From NCBI GenBank assembly GCA_002633005.1, contig NMRA01000226.1:549004-613003 (forward strand): DNA of 64,000 nucleotides, in the 5' to 3' direction. Shown in pieces: positions 1 through 10,400 of the stretch. Under the pieces are notes generated by a model. That model was not told where the DNA came from. It saw only the letters and a list, made by a program, of their open reading frames with translations, and did no database searches. The stretch's first letter is position 1. Every line of letters begins with the position of its first letter. The DNA comes from Phoronis australis. Its lineage: Eukaryota > Animalia > Phoronida. The position numbers were made by a program, and so were the translations under genes.

Positions 1-255
1 GCTTGTTACAATGTTCTGTGCCAAATTCTCAATACAAGTCAAGTACAAAAACGACAACGTAGTTCAAGATGCCCGCAGATTCAAGATTGTTTGCATCATC
101 CAGAAGCTACTTGAAACATAGCACACTTTCAGATGGTCTTCATGCCACAGGGACTCAAAGACATCCACTGCAGCAGGTATTACCATGACGCTAAATTAAA
201 CCTCAAACAACAGGGAATGGAAAGACAGTCTCCATGGGGCAAACATCATACTCAC

Positions 256-3189
256 AAGCCTTTCTTTGTCTTTGCTAGATTTGAAAAAGAATGTGATGCT
301 GTGCAGCAGTGATGAGAGGTCACTGACTGGAACGGACGTCTTCTTTTGCACATCGTTTCTGACTTTGTCAAATAATGCACGGACTTGTACCTTTTGCTTG
401 TCCCTGACCTTAGCTGATCTCCAGCATGCTTGAATCTTTACTGCACTTCTGATCTGATTCCTTAAGGCCTAGAACAAAGAAATCATTGATCTTCACAATT
501 GATGAAACGGGTCAATTGGCTTGACAGTCTAGTTTATACTAAAACGATACACAATTGACAAAGTTTTGTTACAAGGCTTTTTAACGTTACCTCTCTTTGT
601 ATTCTTGCATCTTGAGCTCTTAGTAGTAAAGCAGATTTCTGTTCCTGCAAAAACATGAAATTTGATTTTGAAATTGTGAGCACAGGACAAGCAATGTCTC
701 GGTCTCTAATTTGGAGTTCAATGACAGCTCCATTATTCAGTGGAAGTAAAAATGTTCAACATTAAGTGAGTCTATGTGTCCCTTCTAGATCAGTCAAATA
801 ATGTGGACCCAGTGTCATATCTGCATTCAGAATATACACCGTCTCAGTCTTGAATGTGCATATTTATTTGAAGAGTGCAATGCAATCGGTCAATTTTTTA
901 GCCAACTTTGATTACTGTAACAGAGGATAGACCCTAGCACCTGACAAATAGTGCCGAAAATCTGTGACAGAGGGCTTGCAGATATCCACCTTAAATCATA
1001 ATTCAGTCAATTCATTCTGCCTTTTGGCTATTTGCCCTTTGGTATGTAAGCAAATGCACGCTGATATTCTTTAAAAAAAATATGAATAACCTGAATAAAC
1101 TGTGTTCTCCACAACCTGAAGATTCAGGGTGCAGTGTTAGCAACTTTAAGATATTCTTTAAAAAATGCTGAACAACCTGAATGAACAGTTATATTGACAT
1201 CTTTTTACTACATCGTTCACTACTTTAGCTGTGCTTTGTCATAACACAAATGACAAGAGTTAGATGACTATAGTACTCTTGTAACACAAGTCACAATACC
1301 AATAGGGCAATAGTCTGACCTGGCCTTATCCTTGGTACAAAGCTGTATAGTAAATATACAGCTTTGTGCCGATGTGGGTAAAAAAGTGGTAAGATGAAAT
1401 CTGACACAAAATTAGTGTCATTAAAAAACTAGTCTTCCTTGAGTAAACTAAATTATTTAACAAAGTTGGAAAAAATGGCGTTCTACTGTTATTCTGCTGC
1501 TTAAGTTGTGAAGCGATCTTTAGGGACGGCTTTCGGCGCCATGAAATATTGCATCACCTATTGGCCAGTTACTTTTTTGCCAATTCTTCAATCAACTGCT
1601 GTTCTTTGACGAGGTTGCGTACACGTCACAACAAATTATTGCAACTGGTTTCACTTCAATATAAGTTTTTAGAATTTTGATACCGAAAAACCGAATTTCA
1701 GAAGAAATTTTGCTGCTGCCAAGCTGTCATCATCTCCCGAGAGATGTTGCAAAACTTAGGAAATGGCGCGTGCACGTGTCACGAGCGTACTGTTTTCAAT
1801 ACGACGACATAACTTTTCTTTGTTAGAAAAGGTGGAGGATTACGCAAGAAAATGACGTTTATTAGATCGTTTTCCACTTAAACAGCTGTAACGGGCAAGG
1901 TGTCGTTTGATTCCCAGATTTTGCATGCAACCCGTCCGGTCTTTGGCTCTACAAGTTGATACAAGTTTCACGGCAATGAGACGAGCACAACTACCTTGGC
2001 TGTGTGCAGGTTCGGGGTCTATGGAAGAATATCACACAGTGGTACCTAGCTGTATTTTGACGATAGTTTTTATACAGATAGCTGTCCTAGCTGGCTGGCA
2101 AACCTGGCTTGTGCTGATGATAGTCCAATTAAAATTCCAATGTTAATGATCCAAATAATAGCTACCCCTGAGTGGAAGAATTTGAATCAAAATAGTTAAG
2201 CCATTAAGGAACTGAAAAATGTCGATTGTTAATAATCGGAACACAGGAGTCCACAAAGGCAAAAAAACATTCAGGATCCCACAACGGCAAAAAATCATTG
2301 TCGTTGTTCAATTTATTTCTTTTTCTTAAAATCATAGATCAGTAATATCTAGTAACTCTACCATACCAGGATTTTTTAGGTAAGGGATGGCATAGTTTTC
2401 CGCACTGATTTGCCAGTAGTTTTGAAACAGAAACGAGGAAAGCTAGCTGCGAGAGCCTACTCCATTCGGAAAGACAAGGGATGGCACACGAGAATCCGAG
2501 AGTCAAAGTCTGACGTCTGGCTTGAAGTTCGCGAAAATAAGGAGGCCCAATGGAACAAACTTGAGTGATGGAATCTAGATNTCGCTGCCGTCCTGTGCGG
2601 ACGCAATGTGAGTATCCTCCAGACTTTGCTCTTGCACCGTGTTAATAGGCCCGAACTTGTGTGTCCTCTTGGCCAACCGACTCCACATTAATACAACAAT
2701 TCCAATGTTAATGATCCAAATAATAGCTACCCCTGAGTGGAAGAATTTGAATCAAAATAGTTAAGCCATTAAGGAACTGAAAAACGTCGATTGTTAATAA
2801 TCGGAACACAGGAGTCCACAAAGGCAAAAAAACATTCAGGATCCCACAACGCCACAACGGCAAAAAAATCATTGTCGTTGTTCAATTTATTTCTTTTTCT
2901 TAAAATCATAGATCAGTAATATCTAGTAACTCTACCATACCAGGATTTTTAAGAACTGCTTCCAGTGTTACTGATCTGCTACTGTTAGTGTTGACTTTGA
3001 AAATAAAAATGACCCAACTCGTGTCCAAAAGAAAAGTCAAACACCGGCAAACTGCGACATAATCATCTTTCATTAAATGATTATCTTGGTAATCACAGCA
3101 AGTTAAATTTAGTTGAGTCAAACCTGCTTGCTAGCTCCTCCAAGAGACTGGGCTGGTTTTCGACGGTAGTCTCCTTCAAAACTGTACAT
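256..3189 (-). CDS. UBE3C: Ubiquitin-protein ligase E3C (HECT E3), first three coding exons; gene continues beyond the window start
   Basis: Exons 3189-3124 (MYSFEGDYRRKPAQSLGGASKQ), 644-591 (EQKSALLLRAQDARIQRE) and 468-256 (ALRNQIRSAVKIQACWRSAKVRDKQK...SITFFFKSSKDKERL) are all phase 0 with GT/AG boundaries. They match the recalled UBE3C N-terminus (MFSFEGDFKTRPKVSLGGASRK, EEKASLL, IQ motif, LLFFY...DSKRL). Confidence 0.92.
1326..1890. repeat. Dispersed repeat, copy 1 (probable non-autonomous transposon with a terminal hairpin)
   Basis: Colinear similarity to 8608-9150 (ccttggt.caaagctgtata..tatac.gctttg hairpin, aaatctgac.caaaattagtgtcattaaaa, cttgagtaaacta, aagaaaatgac). Confidence 0.65.
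2135..2950. repeat. Near-identical direct repeat of about 245 bp (2135-2377 and 2700-2950) spanning N 2581
   Basis: Both copies start ttccaatgttaatgatccaaataatagc and end taccataccaggattttt. Confidence 0.85.
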
Positions 3190-3479
3190 GTTAAACGATT
3201 TCTGGCACAATAAATAGCTGAATCATTTTGTTTATTGTCAGTTTGCACTGGTAGTGTCGCTATTATCAAGTCACGCATGGCAATCAAAATATTATGTTTT
3301 ATTTATTTTACAAATAAACTTAAATTGCACTTTTTAGAATAAAAATAAATATCTTATATAAATAAATAAATAACAAAAGGTTTCAATTATTATATAATTT
3401 TTTCAAACTTCACTTTTTGTTTGTAGACGACTCATTTTACAATGTTGTAGAAACTCGTAAGAGAGTTACTATGTAAAGG

Positions 3480-3493
3480 CCGCCACCTAGCGG
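3480..3493 (-). promoter_or_regulatory. CTCF-like core motif
   Basis: The minus strand reads CCGCTAGGTGGCGG, close to the CTCF core consensus CC(A/G)SYAGRKGGCRS. Binding is not shown. Confidence 0.4.
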
Positions 3494-3685
3494 TTGAATC
3501 TATATTTGTATGCTCTGTATGCTCGCTGGCTTTCATCTCTCAGGGTAATGAATTCAACATTGACAGCTCTTAACAGTAGTCAAATGGCCTTAAACATGGA
3601 CTGGATCCATGGATTGACCTCGCAGTCCACTGTTTACATTAAACAGCGCGTTGTGCGTGTGTGTCATATTGTCCAAGGAACAAAA

Positions 3686-3746
3686 CCACAGGCGTCCTCA
3701 GCTTCTGGTCGTCCCCATTGAAGCTGACTGCTGAGGACGCCTGTGG
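3686..3746. repeat. Shorter copy of the same palindromic element (17-bp inverted arms)
   Basis: ccacaggcgtcctcagc ... gctgaggacgcctgtgg, with internal ttctggtcgtcccca matching the element at 3905. Confidence 0.85.
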
Positions 3747-3904
3747 GTATAACAACCCTTGGCCTAAACAGGAGCTCTGATTAAGAGCTGAGTATTGGCT
3801 AGACCACCGGAATGACTGTTTACATCAACCCAAACCGTCAATTCGACCAAAAACAGTCCAGCCTAAGTTACCCTAAGTAGATAGTTTGTTAAGCTTGGTT
3901 GTCT

Positions 3905-3993
3905 CACAGGCGTCCTCAGCTTCTGATCGTCCCCAATACACTACATATAATATGTAGTGTATTGGGGACGATCAGAAGCTGAGGACGCCTGTG
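3905..3993. repeat. Perfect 89-bp palindrome (44-bp arms, 1-nt centre)
   Basis: cacaggcgtcctcagcttctgatcgtccccaatacactacatat-a-atatgtagtgtattggggacgatcagaagctgaggacgcctgtg. Confidence 0.95.
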
Positions 3994-4408
3994 CTCTGGA
4001 TAGCCAATCATGGATTTCCCAATAAACAAAATGGTGGCTCATTGAGAGCTGCTAATGTTTTCACTAATTTCAACTTTAAACTCTGCTCACATAGAAGAAT
4101 TTTTAATCTCCATACAGTTTACACTAGATGTATTACAATCATAGTGAAAATATTACTCCGCAAATTATCATTTCAAGCAATGCCAACAGGCCTGTTATGT
4201 AGATGTTCTAAGTGTGCCACATTCCTGCCATCACCACATCAAGAAATTCTTCTTTAAGCATAATATCACCACCATTTTTTGTAACAATATGTCGTATAAA
4301 CTTCTGTTGTTTCATTTTCAGTCAACATTCTGGTTTGGTGCAACATCTATTGTATGCCTGTAGAGACATGGACTTATAATGTGCCAGTTTCCATAATGAT
4401 GATTAGAG

Positions 4409-7400
4409 ATGAAGATTAAGAAAAAACATGTCAAGAAACTAGTTGAGTTAATCAGTGATGACGACCTGCCAGGTGTGAAGTCTTTCACCAAGAAGTATGG
4501 TGTTCACATGGCTGATATTGTCCTAGATGATGGCAGCACTTTACTTCATTTGGCATGTAAACTGGGCCATGACCACTGCATGAGGTTGGTGTCCATGGTA
4601 GTTTTAATGACCCAGATATCTTTATCAATTTCCATGTATGGGTTATATGTAAGGAGGAAGTGGCCCTTTAAATACACTAAATTAAAGAATGACGGGTGTT
4701 TTGAATTCTCATTTAAATGGAGGGAAGTGAGAAGTCATAAAAGTTTGAGCTTATCTTACTAACAAGTCTAAGTTTTGACAATTATTTTTTTAATATTCCT
4801 AATTTATGATTTTTGCCTTTGCTTACACAAAACTAATAACTTTGACTACATTTTGGCCTTGTTTGAAAACCTTTAAAATTTTGCAGCTAATACTTTTTGG
4901 TTGAAATGTACACAATTCACTTATCTGGTGACTTTCCCAATTCAGTATTTCTTGTCATTTTTTTGAAATTTCAACATCTTTTCAGGTTGTTGATCTGTAT
5001 ACTACTGAATCTCAGTGTGAAATCTACCACTACACTAACTGATCTAGAATGTCTTAAGGGGGGGGGGGGGNGTTGGACAGCATAAGCCTTGGAAATCCGG
5101 GATGCTGATAGCATCTGTTTTTGGCTGGCCTATAGGGTGAAGGTGTCAGCTTCCCTGGACCCTCTAAATCTACCTGTGTACGACATTTTAAGGGATAGCA
5201 AACACAAGAAACATTCAATTTTGGTTAAAAGCTGCACTGTTGACACGGTTCAGACACATTGTTAATATTTAAAGTTATTGATAGGACAAGTGTAAACGAT
5301 TCAAGTGGAAATCTGCATGGGCCAATAATGAAATTAAGACATATGAATTGGTTGTGGATCTGAAGATTTGAGATATCTCATTATAAGGCTTTTTTATTCG
5401 TCTTAACATGGTTTTTGGAGCTTTAACTAAAGTAGCAGTGTTGGCAAGCTAAAATAGAATCACGCTGTTGGATAATTTGACGAAGATGGTCCTTGGTGTC
5501 CAAAATGTAGCCAATTGAATTCCACATCCTTGTGTGTGCGAGGCAACGCATCGTTTACAGGATGCCCACTCATTAGGTCTACATCTCCCCAGCTGGCATC
5601 AATGAATGTTTACAGGTTGGGATTACGTATACTGACCATTTACACAGCACTTCAACTTTCATGGCTGCCTTCTTTTGTTTGGCGACTGTTTAAGACGTCA
5701 GTGTTAGCTACTGCCTGGTCGTGGCAGTATTCTATCCCACCCATTATAGACGCAGTATGATAATTTATTTGTCAGATTGAAAATCGACCATTTGAACGGG
5801 CAAAAATTGCTGTAATACAAGAGAAGAAAAGAAATGTAATGTGTATTGCATCTGCTGCTCCTTTGTTGATATTTACCAACTTTTTGTGTGACCTGCCTCA
5901 GCAACACAAGGGGGTGCCTTGACTTTTGTACGCCGCCGCTTATCAGAGGGATCTTAATACTCTCAAGGATTACAGTGAAGTTTGAATATTGTTATATATC
6001 AAATGGAGAAGCATTTTTTTTTAAATTTACCCGTCTGCCTTTGTGAAAGCTTAGATTCTTGACCAAAATTGATGTGGATGGATCCTTTTTGTTTAAGTAG
6101 TGAGGACAGGTTTCTAAATTAGTTGGGTTACAGTCTAAAGCCAATTTTTGGCAAATTTGAAAATTTGACCCTATTATAGTCAAATGTACTCCATGTAAGT
6201 TCTTACTTATGCTAACATAGCATTTTCTGGCTGAAAATGTACCCTACAGTAGATTGTTAAATACCAAATGACTGAAATGTTTTTGTTATAGTGACCCTGT
6301 TTTGCAACACATGTCAGTGTGACATTAATGATAATAGCTTCCGTCAGTCTTTAATGACACGTATCGTCTTCTATAGGTATTTGATAAAGAAAGGTGTTGA
6401 CTGCTCCTTGTGTGACTGTCATGGTGACTTACCTCTTCATGTTGCTGCACAACGCGCTGTTTCTGGTAATCGCTACGGTAAGATAGTTCCATCTAGTTGG
6501 TGACTCCAGTGATCACTGCAGTGGGGCATGAATAGTATTTCTCTTCATTGTAAAAAAGTTCGTATAATAAATGCCTATCAGTCATTTCTTCAGTTGGTTG
6601 ATTTGTCATATTTTGCCCCCCTCCCCCCCGTTGAATTGGTATAACGGTTGTGCCCAAGTAAAGTGACCGTTTTTAAAATGTTTTGCTTTTCATGATATAA
6701 TATTACNAGTCAAATGTACTCCATGTAAGTTCTTACTTATGCTAACATAGCATTTTCTGGCTGAAAATGTACCCTACAGTAGATTGTTAAATACAAAATG
6801 ACTAAAATGTTTTTGTTATAGTGACCCTGTTTTGCAACACATGTCAGTGTGACATTAATGATAATAGCTTCCGTCAGTCTTCAATGACACGTATCGTCTT
6901 CTACAGGTATTTGATAAAGAAAGGTGTTGACTGCTCCTTGTGTGACTGTCATGGTGACTTACCTCTTCATGTTGCTGCACAACGCGCTGTTTCTGGTAAT
7001 CGCTATGGTAAGATAGTTCCATCTAGTTGGTGACTCCAGTGATCACTGCAGTGGGGCATGAATAGTATTTCTCTTCATTGTAAAAAAGTTTGTATAATAA
7101 ATGCCTATCAGTCACTTCTTCAGTTGGTTGATTTGTCATATTTTGCCCCCCTCCCCCCCGTTGAATTGGTATAACGGTTGTGCCCAAGTAAAGTGACCGT
7201 TTTTAAAATGTTTTGCTTTTCATGATATAATATTACTTTTACACACTGAGTTAATTTCAGAGTACATTTTGGCTACTTCACAGACTTGTCAACAATGTCC
7301 TGACTTGTCTCTCGAATGGAAGAAAATCTGATCATTGCTCCTGATAATTTCAGCATACTCAGACCTGGTTGAGCCATTAATAGCAGAGTACCCTGAAGGT

Positions 7401-10400
7401 CTAGACATCCGCAATAATGATGGAAAGACTCCACGGTCTGTACTACACAGGTTAATGGAGTTCTATGAAAGACAGCAGAAATCGGTAGGAGTGCAACATT
7501 CACCGATGAATTAACTTCTTGGCTTGTGTAGAGTTGAGCTGTTACACCCTGTGATGTATCATGTGACTATTTACTCTGGCTTAGCTTGTGAAGTGATGGG
7601 AACTCCTGCCTACTAAGTCTATGGGCTAAAATGACTACAAAAACGTATATCAAGTGTAAGTGCGTTCAACATGATTTACGATACAGTTAGTTTTCAAAAA
7701 GACAACACAATCTCATCTTGCAACAAATTCACTTCTTTGGAAAATGTTCACCAGGAGCTTTTAGCCACTTTATAATCAGAATACCGGAGCAATTCAGCTG
7801 CTGCACTAATAAACAAACATGACCCATGGGCCCAATAAACTCAGTTTATGAACTCAGAACGACACACATTCACAAAACAAGCACCCATATACATGACTTC
7901 CGAATCGCAAGCACGGTACACCAACGTAGAGTTTGTGCTCTCTGTTTGTGAGTCCGGGCATATAAGGCTTTTGGGTGCTTAAAACTGTCTTTTGTGAACT
8001 CAGCACTGTGTTAGGTAAGTTGTGTTTGTGAGTCGGTAAACTGAGTTTGTCGTGGATGGTGAGCCAGTGTAGAACTATGTCTATGGGTCTAATAGCCATG
8101 TTGTTCATCTACCCTGTTAACATCATCCATCATTCAATACCTTCACCACTCAAATCAAACTGAAAGCTTTTAAAGCTGACTTTGAAATCGTTTTGAAGGA
8201 AATAATACTTTGTTCATGGAAATTGTGAGCACAGAGTACTTCAGCCACTGTGTTTGTTTTTAATACCCTTGAAGCACATTTAATAGTTGGCAGTGTGTAT
8301 TCAGTGTTAACTGTACAGTTTTGTTTCTGTGCCTGCAATCTCATGGCAAAGATGTGATAGCTCAAAGGTCATGTTGGTGTGATAACCAAGGTCAAAGGTC
8401 ATGTCGGTGTTCACAACTTCAGTATGATCCCCTGTGCTATTGTCACTTCCTAAAAGCCCTTTGATGTGGTGTTGTAGTAGCATCATTTCTAAAATCTGGT
8501 GGTCTATTTTCACCAACTTCTGGCCTAGTTACATATTTGGCACAACGTTTCATTTGTTCATTTTTGTCGTTGTCTTCTGATGTCTTTAGAAGAAGGAGCA
8601 TACTAAGTTTATAAGCCTTGGTGCAAAGCTGTATAAATATACGGCTTTGGAATGAGCTAAAAAGTGACAAAAACAAAATCTGACTCAAAATTAGTGTCAT
8701 TAAAATTTACCATCTCCCTTGAGTAAACTAATTTGGTCAGCGGAGCAAAAATAGTGTTGTTAGACTGTTATTCTGCAGTTTAATTTGTACAGCACCACGG
8801 AATAGAGCACGATCTGTTGGGAAATTTCTGTTTTTGTCGATTCTTCAATCCATTACTCTTTTTTCGCAAGGTTGTGCTCAGTTCACAACAAATTGCCAGA
8901 AGTGATTGCACTTTGTTAGTTGTTTTAAGTATTTCATTATCATCAACTGGAATTCTGAGCAAATTTTGGGTTGGCAAAGTTATTGCAATCTCCCAAAAGA
9001 TGTCGCTTTACGAAATCAAAAGTCAGGCAAGTGGCATCTGCACGTGTTACGATCGTAGAGTTTTCAAACTGAGGTTAGACTAAGAGCGGGATAGTGATGT
9101 AAGAAAATGACATTTTCAACAGATTTTGTTTCTTTTAAACAATTGTAACAAAGTTGGAAAAATTTCCACGCCATTGGGCATGCTACATTTTGATCTCAGT
9201 TGCTTTGCAATAGGACTGCAAATAGAGTTGTGACGAACTGAAAAAAGAGAGCTTCACTTGTACTACCAAATTACTGTCCACGTCCTTCACTAACTGTGTC
9301 TTTACATGAAGTCATACACAGGACAGCCAGCTGACGAAAGAATGTGTTGTTCTCATGGTGGGAAATGATGAACAATTTTTTCTGAATGTTTGTATTTTTC
9401 TATGGGGCAAGGTGGGATTTGAACCGGGTCCTTTTGATCGTCCGTTCAGCTCTTTAACTACTAAATCACAAGGTCATCTGAAATATTTCTCATCATCGAC
9501 CAGGTACATGTGCTTGTTCTTCTAAGAAATGTTGCAACACCTGATGATGGCTGGAGACGTGACTGACTGAAACATCGTGCGATGTATTATATTGATGATA
9601 TTCGTGAAAAGTAAATGAATCAATAGATTTTACATATCGGTTTTTCTGTTGCTACTGTGATAATGTTGGCTCAGAACACCGAGTTCTACCGTACTTTAAC
9701 TCTGGTGATAATACCTTTGCCTTTATATCTTTGACTTCTTGATAAATGCTTCAGGTGGATGGGGATCATGCTATAATTTTGCAACACAATGTTACAAACA
9801 TACTTGACTTTTGTGTAGAAATGTTGTTGTAGCCAGTGAAGGTGACAGCATACATCTGACAGCTGACCTTTGACCTATCTTACACAGCACATATTTGGGT
9901 GCTCATAGACTTAAAGGTCTCTTTATATTGCTTTCTGGGTGTCTACTCTCAGTACTCTGTCAGTTAGCCAAATTATTCATCTGTGCTTTCAGAAAGAACA
10001 CACTCGTGAAAAAGAAGACGATTTCAATGAAAGGCTAGCACATGAAATGGAGGATGAATATTGTGAGGGCTTGGGAAAGTATGAATCAGGTATGTAATGA
10101 AGTAATTGCTGTCAAACTGTTTGTGGTTGGCTGTCAGAGGTTGTTATTCAATGTAATGTCATTTAATGTGATGTCTTGATTGTTTAGAAGTGGTTGTTAC
10201 CTAACGTAAGTTTTGTCACCGACCTCAATTAGTGTTTGTCATTTGGGAATTAGCTTGAAATTTTGCTCCGCAATTCCATTGACTTGATACAAAATTAAAT
10301 TTATGACGATTCGATGCACAAATTTGTGATGAGCTCTTTGGAAGAATATACAATAATATCTTGCTGTTTTTAGACAAAAATAATTGACAAAATAGCACTT

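Larger units (their letters stand above)
3190..4408. promoter_or_regulatory. Divergent (bidirectional) promoter region between UBE3C and NFKBIL1
   Basis: Head-to-head start codons about 1.2 kb apart. The region contains an AT-rich tract (about 3285-3420), a CTCF-like motif and two palindromes. There is a likely non-coding first exon donor near 3544 and an acceptor at 4321. Confidence 0.6.

Noticed and set aside
6178-7236. Duplicated NFKBIL1 ankyrin exon as mutually exclusive splicing or repeat expansion
   Set aside because: The copies are nearly identical including intron sequence, encode the same peptide and abut a single N. The 101-nt exon would frameshift if both were used. This fits an uncollapsed haplotype overlap.
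9405-9480. tRNA gene (B-box-like GGTTCAAATCC on the minus strand; a similar element at about 37280-37335)
   Set aside because: No cloverleaf can be built; at most these are decayed tRNA-derived SINE heads.
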